64,000 nt of DNA from Camelus ferus (taxonomy: Eukaryota). Every line of letters begins with the position of its first letter. Within the stretch, counting starts at the first letter, position 1. Location: NCBI RefSeq assembly GCF_009834535.1, contig NC_045696.1:11472001-11536000 (forward strand), given 5' to 3'. This document shows, piece by piece, positions 50,311 to 63,017 of the stretch. The position numbers and the translations under genes are program-made. The notes beneath the pieces were generated by a model. The model ran no database searches. It saw only the letters and a list, made by a program, of their open reading frames with translations, and was not told where the DNA came from.

Positions 50311-52440
50311 GAACCTTCGTGAAAGTTATGAGTGATGACAGGATGGCTTGCTTTGTAGATGTTACTACAACAATCAAATCTGGGTGACAAAACTGGATGA
50401 AGTCCACTGAGCGGGGCTGAGCTGGAAGGGACGCCCTGAAAGCCACAAAGAAAACAGCAAGGGGCCGAGAGCTCTGAGGCTCCAGGCTCCAGCCCAAGCC
50501 TGAATTCGGTGTAAAAGGGCTGAAAACTGTGGTGATTAGCATGACCCAGTGGGACGTATTGGAAATAAATTGGTTTCACGCCTTCTTTCCGAGAAACGGT
50601 TGGTGTAAACGCATCGGAGTGAAACGGGCGCCTGTGTGGAGGATACTTATTTAACAGAAAGCAGAAAATATCCCCAGCCGGCTTTATAATTAATTTCAGG
50701 GTTGCTCCAATTCCCGGAGAAAGGATGCTAGACAGCAAGGCCAAATTCTTTTCTAGGGGCCCATTAATTGCTGCTATTTATACAGCAAAACAGGACAGCT
50801 CTGACCCCAGGGCCCCCCGCCGGCCACCCTCCCGCGGCGGCACGCTCAAATCTGTCTTTGTGGAAATGAGGGGGAAAAGTTGCCTTCCCCAGTTTAAACA
50901 ACAGAGCTCATTAGGACCGATCCTGGCGACAAGAGCAGAACCCAGAGCTGGATAAATGCAAAGAGCTCAACTCTAGTTTAAGAAAAAAATCAAGCCAGCT
51001 CACAATGCAGGGCTGGGAGACCCTCCCATGTCCTCCCCGGGAAGTTCTGAAGCCACGATAACCGGGTCTCTGTGCCACTGAGTCCAGCTCTGATTCAGAA
51101 AGCAAATCACGTCCTGACACCCTGGAAACATCCTGCTGGTGCGAAACGAGAAACTGGTTCCTGTGAGGGAGGAAAAATGCAAGAGAAATTTGAGACAGCA
51201 AGGTGGCCTGACCAGGTGCCTCAGGAAGGGCAGAATTGTGCAATTGTTGGAATTCTTGCCAAAAGCCCATCTACTTCATTAAAATATGTGTGCTTCCTTT
51301 TCATCAAAATGTATTTATTATCCATAAGGATAAAAGTAACCCCTAATTCCCTGCCCAGCTGGAATTCACCAAAATTCAGGAATCCTAAGGGGAGACGAGG
51401 TACAAATTAAAACAGGTAATGCTAGAATCATTCCTCCTTGGTTTTGGAAGAGAGTCAAAAAGCCCCAGCTCAGTAACAAGAATACAAGTTTTTTGAAACC
51501 AGGGGTAATTCATTTTGGTATTCCCCACAGCGCCTGGCTCCCGAAGCAAAAAATACATTAAATCACTAAATACATTGGTTAAAAAACTGAATGCCCATTT
51601 GTCTCAAATACCCTTCAACACCGATCCCCCAGCAGCCTCATCCTGCTCCATCTCTCTTCCAACTCAGCCCCATTTTTAATCACCTAGAACGTAACTCGGG
51701 GACAATACTGAGGAAGCCTCAAATTACATCATCTAGAAGCAATTGATCCATGGAATCCAAAAGATAATGGCATGGTTAGGCATGACTACCTCTCCCCAGC
51801 CATCACTGTCAACTGGCTGAGAACAGCAACTCCCCACTGCCCCGGGGACACCCACATGGACAGCCTGCAACCCAAACCTCCCATCACAGCCTCTCCAAGA
51901 GCACACCCACTATGTTCCTCCCCTAAGACAATCGCTGTCTGTGCTCTCCACACTGAGGCCATCATCCTCCCCATCTACTGGCTGAGCAGTCCACTCCCTC
52001 CACCCCCTTCCCCTTTCCCCAGAGATAACCAATCACCAAGTCTCTTCTGTAAGTTTCCTTGCTCACCACCCCCATTGCTGCTGGTCCAGCCTCCTGAGGG
52101 CTCCCTGAGGTTCCCTCAAGTCTCCAGCTTCTTCCTTGTCTACACACTGAGGCATGTTTTCTTTCTAAGGATGGTTATGATCATCTTCTGTGCTCAGAAA
52201 TCTTTAATACAAACTTGATTCCTTAATAAGAAATTAAAAATCCTTCATAATCTGGTACTAGCACCCTGCCACCCTTACCTCCCCCTCTGCTTCTTTTTGA
52301 ACCAAATTTTATTTTGACTAGCTTGCATCCCATCAACTTTCATTTAGCCCAACTGCTTTCAGTCCCATAAAGTCTTCATTCTTTAAATGTTTTCACATAA
52401 TAGTGAAAATAGACATACACACTCCTTAAGTTCTTGTCTG

Positions 52441-52920
52441 TTTTTTTCTTATTTATTTTGATTTTGATAAAAGACACCTAACAGAAAATCAAGCATTATC
52501 AAGTACACCATTCAATGGTATTAAGTATATTCATATTGTCATACAATCATCACACCCATCCATCTCCAGAACTCTTTTCATCTTGCAAAACTGAAGCTCT
52601 GTACTCTTAAAGCAATAGCTCCCTGCGACCCCTCCTCTGGTAATCACCTTTCTACTTGTTTCCATGAGTTTGATTTTTTTTTTAAGATTCCATATAAGTG
52701 AGATCATGCAATATTTGTCTTTCTATGTTTAGCTCATTCTACTCAGCATAATGTCCTACAAGTTTATCCATGTTGTCACAAATGGCAGGATTTCCTTCTT
52801 TTTCGTGGCTAAATAATATTCTATTATATATGCATTATGTTACATTTTCTTTATCCATCCATCCGTCAACAGATGTCATCTGTTAATTTGTTTCCATATC
52901 TTGGCTATTGTGAGTAATTC
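52441..52920 (-). mobile_element. Old L1 3' region (L1MA/MB-like)
   Basis: ccatccatctccagaactcttttcatcttgcaaaactgaa...ttggctattgtga. Confidence 0.85.
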
Positions 52921-52939
52921 TTAACAAGACAGTTTTACA

Positions 52940-53068
52940 TTTTTTTCACACTAACTCTCTGAAATTTGACATGTATTTCTCGCTCTCAGCTGATCTCAGT
53001 TGAGATCAAGCACACTTCCAGTGTTCAACAGGCAAATGTGGCAAGCGGCCAGGGTTGGATAGTGCAGT
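52940..53068. mobile_element. MER3/MER33-like hAT fragment
   Basis: acacttccagtgttcaacaggcaaatgtggcaagcggcc...ttggatagtgcag. Confidence 0.55.
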
Positions 53069-54266
53069 CTTGGTTCCATGGCTCTGGCCAAGTCACTCAC
53101 CCTCTGAGCCCAGGACCCCGCACAATGTCTGCCTGAGACTGAGACAAAGCACTCAACTAGAAAAAAGTCTGGTGAATGAAGAAAGAAATGAAGAAATGCT
53201 CCCTTGTTTTCATCTGCAAATTGTGTAGGAGATTACCAATCACACCAATTTGTAGTGAAAATAAAAGCATGCCTTCTGGAGCCAACCAAGGTCTTGCCTC
53301 AGGCAAAAAACTTAACCTCAGTAAACCTCAGGCTGTTCATCGGTAAACTGAGGGATGATGATGGTGGCCAAGATATAGCATGTAAAGTGCCTGGCACAAA
53401 GTGAACACATTATTTGTAGTTAAAACTGAGCAAACAATAGTAAGAACACAGTAGGATCAGGATACTGCTGCTCTAGTGACATAGTGCTAATGGGGAGAGG
53501 AAGGAAGGAAGACAGGGAGGGAGGGAGGGAGGACTGCAGGGGGAGAAGGGAGTGTCTCATGGAAACCTTTGCAGAGGAGGGATGTGCTGCTCAAGGTGGA
53601 AAAGAGTTCACCGGTCCTCACGATATGGGGGAGGGCAAAGGCCCGGGGGAGGGAGAGATGCGGCTCCAGGAAAGGATAGAATAATAGCTGTGCACTAACT
53701 GAGCGCAGGAATCCTCACCAGCCCTCCCGTCTCCAGCGCCCCGGACGGACGGCTGATGCCCTCTCCCACGATGTCCTCAATCAGCGTCTACTGAAGGCTT
53801 CCCTGTGCCACGTGCGCACAAAGCTTCCTTCCTCGCCCCTTAAATCACGCGTTAAACATCAGGGCTGGCCTCAGAGCCTGTGTTCATCAGAAAGAGAAAA
53901 CTAGGTCTTTTTCCCTCTCCGCTCTGATTTATACGCCTCCATTTATGGTGTCAGTCTGGGTGAAAGCAGAATTTGTGTTCCTGCAGTGACACCATAAATC
54001 CTTCTGGTCTCCCTTCCTCTTGCTGGGAATCCTGAATGCTCTGCTCCCACTGACAGCAGATAATGGCTCTTAGGGGAGACAAGGAATTCACAAGCAGGTC
54101 ACAACGGGACTAGGAGGGAGGGGCGTGCGTGTCTGCCTGCGCTTGTGCGCGGAACGGGGACCGCGTGGAGAGTGCCTGGGGGAAACCGTAGGACACCAGC
54201 CCTTGATTCTTTTTTCTCTTTTTAATATAGATTGTTCTGGCAATCACTTTAATTAATGTCTCCCAG

Positions 54267-54634
54267 CGTATTTGTTCGCGAGCGCTGCCATGAGAAACCA
54301 CATCAGACGGGCAGCTTCAACAATGGAAATTTATTCCCTCAGGGTCCTTGAAATCTGAGATCAAGGTGTCCACAGGTAGGTTTCTTGTGGGGCCTCTCCT
54401 TGGCTTGTAGATGACTGTCTTCAGCCTGCATCTTCATGTGGTCTTCCCTCTTGCATGTCTGTGCCCTGATCACCTCTTCTTATAAGGACACCAGTCATAT
54501 TAGGTTAGGGGTCACCCAAGTGACCTCATTTAAACTTAATCACCTCTTTAAAGACCCTAACTCGGGGTGGGGGGGGGAGCGGTTAGGACTTCAACATCGG
54601 AATTTGGCGAGGAGACACAACTCAACCCATAACA
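54267..54634 (-). mobile_element. MaLR solo LTR (MLT1B-like)
   Basis: Ends caacccataaca; TSD-like cccag / tccag. Confidence 0.85.
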
Positions 54635-57633
54635 TCCAGTAAAACGTCTCACAAACTTTAAGAGAAAGGAAGCAACAAATCTAAAGGAGAAGGAAGCTCA
54701 CCAACAATGTGACCTGAGTAAACTCAGTTCCAACAATCACACTGCTTTGAGTTTCTTTTTATTTGTCACCTGTTTTCCCTGCTTATGACTTTCAACATAC
54801 TTACTATCTTAAGTTACTCACTTTTCTACAAATAAGTATATCTCCTGCATCTTAATTTTGGACATTTACTTCCTCCTCATCTTTGAAAAAGGAGGTCACC
54901 ATCTTTTTATTTGCATTTGTCCTTGTGGTTTTCTTTTCTTTTCTTTCCTTTTTTCAACTGCTTTTAGTGATGCACAAAGTTTAGGAATCAGATAAAAACA
55001 CTTTCTACTCTTTACCATTTGTCCATTTAAAGTTTAGCAAAAAAATTAACAGAGACGGAAAGAGGATGCAAGAATAGACTCAAAAAGATTTCCTGAAGCA
55101 AATCCATGTCAAAAATCTGCCAGGATTTCAATATGTGAACATAAAAATCCGGTCCTTTGTGGTGAATAGTCATAATCTGAATGCTGAACAGAGAAGCTGT
55201 GAATAATTGCTTAGCTTACAGGAAAGGGGATCTCGAGATGGTTCTAGGAAGGAACAGAATTGCTTTTTGCCTCCATCCTCCTTAAAGAGGTCTTTAAAAC
55301 TCTTGTAGTAACTTCAAGTGTCAAATGAGAAATTCACACCCATCCCCAAGGAGCCTATTTTTCCATTAATACTGTTTAGTTTTCTTAAATGGTATCATGA
55401 CTTAAGAGTAACATTATTTAAATCAGCTATCAAAAAGAAGAGGAAACCACTTTTAAGCAACGTTGTTCACCCCATTAGATACAACCTGATTATGTTTTAG
55501 AAAGACTTAAAACCTTCCTTTTATTTTCTCTAAAATCTCTTTCTTCTTGTGACAGTGCATTTTTCTTAGCACATCTGTCTGAAAATGTGAGCAATTAAGA
55601 AAGGATTGGGAGTTTAGTTTTGTTTCCACTGATGGGAGGGAGTAAATTGTATTTAATAGGAGTTCTGGGACTTCTCGAGGATGACGCAGACAATGTGGCA
55701 ATTCCCTGACTGGAATGTAATTATTCCAACTTGATCCAGGATACCAATGTTCAGAATTCTTTTAAAATACAGGCTTTTTATTCATCACTGAGTCAACTGC
55801 CTGCTGCAAAGGTGATTTTGGGGGCAAGAATAAATTAATCTGTTTGGCCAAGAATTAAAATTATTTTGAACTCAACAGTATTGTCGGTAGCCAGCAAACA
55901 TTTTTTATTATTCCAATGGCAAAAAAGTAACTAATGAAACAACATGAAACATACACACACAGCAACATGAATATTTATATAGTCAAGTCCAATCAAAGAA
56001 TCATTTCAAAAGAGCAGACTATCATCGACTTCAAAGAGATGTTTCCCACTTAAAAGAAAGTGATCACTATGAAAATACATTTTAAATTCTGAGATATCTT
56101 TTTTTCATTTTTGGTGGAGGGGTATCTGTGACTGGAGTTATTACTCTCAGTTTATGATTTCCAACGCTACTGGGTCCCATAATGTGAATTTGGGTCAAAT
56201 ACCAGTTATCTATTTCTTCCATCAAAATTAGGGGAGCTTTGTTGTGTCAAAATCAGGATGGAAAGATTTTAATAGAGTCTTTCATAGGAGACAAGATTTA
56301 CCCATTGCAAACACCACCTCCTCTCCCCTTCCACCAAAAAAAAAAAAAGACACTTTGATCATTATCAAGTTTTTTAAGTGGATCAGTAGTGATAATCTCT
56401 TTATATTGAACACATTTTTTTATCATTACAGAAAGAAAAGATTAATAGTGTGAATAGTATTAAAAATTCATGTTGTAATTAGGGGTCATTCTCCCTAGTC
56501 CAGATAAATCGATCAGTCAATCAACTGAATAACTAAAAGCTGTGTAAATATTCAAACTGGCTGGGGATCCATTTCATGATCTAAGTTGTCTAGCTGAGCT
56601 GTCTATAAGCATAAAATTAATGAGCTATTTGGACAACTGCCATTTCTTTGCCAGTCACCCGGGGTGAAAACATGAAAGGCACACGTGTAGACCACAGTCA
56701 CTGAGCCACATGAAGCTCAAATCGGAACTAGTCCTATTCATTAAGCACTTGCCAAACAAGACTCAGCAAGACGTTCTACATCATTTGTCCCATGTGTCTC
56801 CCACAACCCTACTACTTTCCCTTTTTACAAGAGAGGAAACTCTTGGTTTCCACAGATTAAGAAACTTGCCCACAGGTGGCCCAGCTGGGACATGGTACAG
56901 CCTGAGTTTGACTCTCAACCCACAGCTAAGTTGCTTCTTGCCATGTAGAGGGGCTGTTGGATCTGGGTTGGAGTCCAAGCTGGATGACCCAGTGGGTTAT
57001 TTGATCACTGTAAACTGATAAATCAGGTAATTCAATATAACCCAGAAAAACAAAAACAAAAACAACTCATCTTACTATGCACAACGGTCACTTTAAAAGC
57101 ATAATCCCAAGTCTCTACACCATTCCACTGCCTCCTGGGACATCGTACACTACCTGTGCTAGCCAAGAGGAAGTAGTCCGGTCCCACTGATGCTCAGAAC
57201 TTGGCTAACAGAGGAAGAAACAGGACAGGTGGGACAGTGCAAACAGAAAAGGGCAAGTCCCAAGTTTAAACATTAGCTAAACACAGGTGTGACTGATGCA
57301 AGGTCCTTAGCTCTGAGACCTTAAAAGCCCCCTCCAGGAGGGACTGCCAATTCCTGCGGACCAGTGCCCGCATCCCCGAGCCCAGCAGGTCACTCCTCCA
57401 TCAGGCTGAGGCCTCCATACAGAATTGCTGGTGATGCATCAACAGCCAGGCCCACAGCCCAGAGGTGGCTTCCCAGGACCACAGGGAGCAGCGCGGATGG
57501 GCACGGGCACCCTCTTCTCCACACCTGCTTCACCTCCGAGCATGCATCCCTCCTCCCTGGCAGACATCAGTGCCTCACCCAAGGCACCCAGGCAGGCACA
57601 TCCCTGGCCCACAGAAGAGCCAGAGCTCAGTGC

Positions 57634-58052
57634 TGTCACTGGTTGAAGTGTGCCCCCATAACATTCACTCTGACTTCCCAACCCCCCAGTACCTGAGAAC
57701 GTGACCTTTAGAAATAGAGTCGCTGCAGATGCAATTAGTTAAGATGAGTCACTAGGGTGACCTAAACCTATGACTGGCATCCTTGTAAAAAGGGGAGATT
57801 TGGACACAGACACACGCAGGGAAGAGGCCACGTGCACATCAGAGTTGCGCTGCCACAGGCTAAGGAGCACCCAGAAGCTGGGGAGAGGGGGCCCTGCAAC
57901 ACAGCCATCCCTAGAGCCTGCAGAGGGAGCCTGGCCCGGTCAACACCTCGATTTGGGACTTTCATCCTCCAGGACCGTGAGAAAATAATTTCTGTTGTTC
58001 TAAGCCACCCAGCTGGTGGTACTTTGTTACCCAGCCCCAGGAAACCAATCCA
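57634..58052 (+). mobile_element. MaLR solo LTR (MLT1B/C-like)
   Basis: gtgacctttagaaatagagtc...aggggagatttggacacag...aagccaccc. Confidence 0.8.
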
Positions 58053-58832
58053 GGACTCATCCCCAGTGCACCCTGAAACCTCTGGGAAGTCCTTCCCAAG
58101 CCCTCCACATCCAGTCCATCAGGAAGTTAAAAATAAACCACGTAAACCGGAGGCTGACTTGGGATAAAGGCTTACTTCCAAAGTACTGATTAACTGAGGT
58201 CTCACACAGGGCTCAGTAGAGTCATGTTGTCCAAAGGAAACCTCTGGATGGTGACAAAGCCTCAGAAGAATGGCCGGAGACTCCGCAGGAAGACCTGCCT
58301 TCCACCAAGCTGTCCGGGACTCACCATCTGCGAAACACCAGGAGAGGCACAGAGGAGTATTTTTTATTCTGAACAGCTCAAACCTGGTTCTGCCTAAATA
58401 ACCCGGCAAATTGATGAAGGAGCTAACACACACTCGCTTATGCCCAAGATGTCACATGAGTGTGAAAGGTGATGGGGGAGGGGAGACCCAGAAGCAGGAG
58501 ACATCTCTTTGAACCAGGCAGATCCGGGCAGGCTCCCTGGAAGAAGGTGAATCTCAGCAGGGCTGGAAGGGTGGGTCTGCAGGTGGCACCAGCAAGGAGC
58601 AGGGGCACACGAGCACGCCCCAACAAAGGACATGCGGAGGACAGAGAATCCACCTGGCCTGGGCTGACACAAACGCTGGTGGGAGAGAAACCAGGACACA
58701 GCTTGGGGACTGAGTACTGTGAAGCCCGGATGGAGGGGACCAGGACACGGCTCGGAGACTGAAAACTGAGAAGCCTGGATGGAGGGGACGGCATTTGGAA
58801 TCCACTCTGCAGATAATAAAGGCACCAGCCAA

Positions 58833-58965
58833 TCAATATCTTTTAATAATCTATAATGTAAAAGAATCTGAAAAAGAATATATATGTATAACTGAATCAC
58901 CTTGCTGTACACCTGAAACTAACACAACATTGTAAGTCAAATATATTTCAGTATAAATTAATTAA
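58833..58965 (+). mobile_element. Short L1 3'UTR fragment
   Basis: gaatctgaaaaagaatatatatgtataactgaatcac...tacacctgaaactaacacaacattgtaagtcaa. Confidence 0.85.
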
Positions 58966-59009
58966 TTTTTTTTAAGTTCAGACAAAAAATACAAAAGAAA
59001 ACAAAAAGG

Positions 59010-59424
59010 TATGTTGAAATCCTAACTCTGAGGACCTCAGAATAGAACCTTATTTGGAAATAGGGTCATTGCAGATGCAATTAGTTAAGACAAGATGAGG
59101 TCCTACAGGAGCAGGAAGGGTCCCTCATTCGATGTGGCTGGTATACTTATAGGAAGAGACGGGACACAGGGTGAACGCCTTGTAAAAACGGAGGGAGAGA
59201 CTGAGTGATACAGCTATGAGCCAAGAAACACCAGAGATTGCTGGCAAAGCACCAGAAGCTGGGAGAGGGGCAAGAAAAATCCCCCTGCAGGCTCCACGGG
59301 GAGCCTGGCCCTGCCCACACCTTCATTTCAGACTTCCAGTCGCCAGCACTGTCAGATGAGGAATTTCTGTTGTTTTAAGCCACCTTGTTGGTGCTTTGTT
59401 TTAGCAGGCCCAGGAAATGAACAC
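59010..59424 (+). mobile_element. MaLR solo LTR (MLT1C-like)
   Basis: ccttatttggaaatagggtcattgcagatgcaattagttaag...ggaaatgaacac. Confidence 0.85.
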
Positions 59425-60588
59425 TGAATGTGAAAACAGAAGATGGAAGGAGGGTTAGTTCATCGGGAAATCACTGCCAGCTTTAAAGGCGTCTCGTCCA
59501 CAGCACAAAGTGTGGAATTTGCTTTTCCTGGTTATACTCAGATAACTTCTACCAGCACAGTGGGAGAGGGTATCACTTACAGTCACTGAGACTGTCTCCA
59601 CTGTAACATGCATCATGAATGTTTGTAACGTTAAGCCATAAAAGAGAGTAAGTTCACTAACCATATTCCTCAAGAGGCTCCCAACAAGCTATGTGGGCGC
59701 ATTGATTGGGCTTTGTGCATATCAAAGGCTTGGCTTTCAAATCAGTCTCTTTTAGTATCAGCAGAAACTGCCTTTCCTCCAAACTTCTGGTTCATTACTT
59801 CACCCAGGGCTAGTCTCCAACCAGCCTCAGCCCCATCCCCACCCTGCCCCACCCCAAAGTTCAACGCCAGGCCTCTCAGAGAGGTGACCAAGAGACAGCG
59901 GACAGGCCTTCAGAGTCTGGAAGAAAAGAGCTTGCAAAACGCACATTCAGTACACTTACTTTTGCCCTAATAAAACCACAAAAGATAAAGCGTGTCCTGA
60001 TAGTAACCCCGAAACATAAAATGGTTTCGCCAGGTGGGGATTAACCCAGGGGCATGCGAGTGAACAATAAGGCTGAGAAATACTGCCCTGAGTCGCTCAC
60101 CTCTTTGCCTTCCCCACGGAAGCCCGCCCACCCGGGGCTGCGAGCTCAGGTGGAGCTCAGGTCCGGGTCCAGGGTCCAGTGTGTCCTCTGATGTCTAATT
60201 AGCATCACCATCTGCATTCCCATGACACACCTCCCTTGAGCCTCTCCCCAAGTGAACGGTCCTCCACCATGAGCCCCAAGCGCCCTTAACAGTGACTAGC
60301 ATAGGAGGGAGTGAGGCTGGTTGAGTACCCCAGAAAGCTAGAACGGGGGACAGGGGTGGATAAGGGGGAACAGAGGGGTTGAAACTCCATAGAAGGTCCA
60401 GGCAGCTCGCGTCACTTGAAGCCCAAGGAACACCAAAGCCCGGGCAGTCTGTATTCTGGCCCTAACCACTCCACTTCCTTCCCCTTGACCTCATTTGTCT
60501 CTTGCTTTTTGCTTCAAGGGTCCAAAGGCCTTTTAGGGACGAGTGAAGTGAATGAGAAGGGATAAGAAAGAGAGAAATCCTAACACGA

Positions 60589-60985
60589 TGTTATGGGTTG
60601 CATTGTGTCTCCACAAAAGAGGCTAAAATCCTAACTCCCAGGACCTGTGAATGTGACCTTATTTGGAAATGAGGTCTTTGCAGATGATAAAGTTAAGATG
60701 AGGGCATTAGATGGGTCGTAATCCAGCATAACCGTCCTTATATTAAGGGAAATTTAGACACACAGAGGATAGACAGTGTGAAGGTGCAAGGAGAGTGGCA
60801 TCTACAAGCCAAGAATTGCCTGAGGCTGCCGTCCTTCCTCAGAGCCTCACCAGGAACCAACCCTGCCAACACCTTGATTTCAGACTTCCCGCCTGCCTCC
60901 GGGACTGGGAGAGAACACAGTTCTGTCGCTTAAGTCACTGGTCTGTGATACTTGGTTACGGCAAAGTATCTAGGAAACCAACACA
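60589..60985 (+). mobile_element. MaLR solo LTR (MLT1B/C-like)
   Basis: Starts tgttatgggttg; gaatgtgaccttatttggaaatgaggtctttgcag. Confidence 0.85.
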
Positions 60986-61284
60986 CCTGACAAAATGCTG
61001 TCGGCAATAATAACACTTTCAGGGTAAACACACTGAGGTTCACAGAATACGCTTTTGGGTTCACATACATCATATGCAAATTATTCATAAGCCACTTGCC
61101 AATATTTCATAAACAAACAAACTATAAGTATCTTTTCGAACTGTCTTCGTGATTTCACACCCCTAAATGTGTCCTTTAAGAAATTCTAGTAGAAATTTAA
61201 ACCGCTTTTGTTCTTCTGAAGGCTGTAGAAACATATACATCAGGAAAACAGAAATCACAACCGGCACTAAATGTTTTCAGAAGG

Positions 61285-61286
<2 letters not shown>

Positions 61287-61324
<38 letters not shown>

Positions 61325-61328
61325 TTTT
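61287..61328 (+). repeat. (TATT)n microsatellite
   Basis: Read directly. Confidence 0.9.
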
Positions 61329-61658
61329 TGCTTTTCCTACATGGAATCAGACAGCCTGCAGCATCATACAACAGCAACAAACCAGGAGTTCAATTGGCCA
61401 CATCACTTTCCTTACTGCGAGGAGGTGGCTGTTTCCAGAGATTATAGTCTCTGGACAGAAGGCAATTCACTACAGAGCAGAACTCAGTGAGGCAAGGAGT
61501 GTGAGGGAAAAAAAAAAATCTCAGGTCCTTTCCAAGAGGAAAAAAGTACTGAAGAAGCAAGAGGACGTGGTCTCGATAACCCACAGAAGTTTCCAGGCAC
61601 GATTCCTGAGGCTGGCCCTAGCTTTCGGGACACCCAGCCAATTTGGATATATAAACAC

Positions 61659-62031
61659 TGTATGCATTTGCCACAAAATACCACAATGCAGGTGACTTAC
61701 ACAACAGAATTTATTTTCTCATAGTTCTGGAGGCTGGAGGTCCAAGACCAAAGTGCCAGCAGGGCTGGTTTCTCCTGAGGCCTTTCTCGTTGGTTTGCAG
61801 ATGGCTGCCTTCTGGCTGGGTCCTCACATGGTCTCCCTCTGTCCTAATCTGTGCCCGGGTCCCCTCTTCTTATGACAACATCAGTGGTACTGGGTTAGGG
61901 CCCATCCACACGACCTCATTTTACCGTAATTATCTCCTTAAAGTCCCAATACAGCCACATTCTGGAGTCCTGGGGGTTAGAACTCCAACAAAGGATTTGG
62001 GGCAGGAAGGGGGACAATTCAGCCCATAACA
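61659..62031 (-). mobile_element. MaLR solo LTR (MLT1A/B-like)
   Basis: ctcatagttctggaggctgg core; ends attcagcccataaca. Confidence 0.85.
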
Positions 62032-62994
62032 AAAAACCAAAGAGATGCAAGACTTGGACCTCTGTGTGAGGATGCTCAGGACAGTGGATCATAACCACTG
62101 CAAACACCAAGCACCGGCTTACAAGCCCCTGGGGGGGCAGAAGCCACACTGAGCAGCTATATTTAAAAGGTTGCTTATGCCTGGGCACCAATGAGGCATG
62201 GCCCACCCAGCTGTGTGTGATAAATCAAAAGTTACCTTCCTGCTGAAATCTTCCTCTGTCACACTGAGATAGATGTGCCTCTCAGCTGACACACAGAGAA
62301 ACCCCAAACCATTACGCTCCTTTCCCAGAAAAACAACAGTGAAAACCAACTCTGTTCAAAGACTCTTGCTCTTCATTCTCTCCACTTGCATGTAATTGTC
62401 ACCGACCCCTTATTAAACTGTCACACTATTTACCCATCCAAGGAAGGGATCGTGAGAAGGGGTCTGAGGCCCAATCAGCACTTTGGGGGAATTCTTCTGT
62501 TCGGACTTGTAGAGCAGGATCCATGGGACTCCAGTTGAACAGCTGCTGCAGCTCTTAACACACGGGAGATCTGAGCCTCAGGCCTCTCCATCGGGTTGAA
62601 TGATGACTCAGGAGACAGGGGGTCACAGGTCTTGAGGCTCCAGGGAAGGGCATTTCCCCCAAGATCTTAATGTTACATACGCCAGAGTATGCCTCGGGTC
62701 TCCCAGGCAATGAGTAACACAAACACAACTGAATTTACTTCTCATCCAGATTCTTCATCTTGCTTGTCTTTCTCTTAGAGAGGACTTTTCCAGAGAGGAA
62801 GCAGGATTGATTCTGCAGAAGTTTACTTGAGATTTCCTAAAAGCCTAGGACACTTCATCTGTCACTCTTTGAGGAAATGTATTTCCCATGATACTTTGAG
62901 TTATGTGTCTGTGGTTCACGGCTTGGTTCTGACTCTAAAAAGTCCCCGCTTTCCTGAGGACAGATCTGATTCTTGTGCCTGTTCACAGTGCATT

Positions 62995-63017
62995 ACACAC
63001 ACACACACACACACACA
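62995..63017 (+). repeat. (AC)n microsatellite
   Basis: Read directly. Confidence 0.9.
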
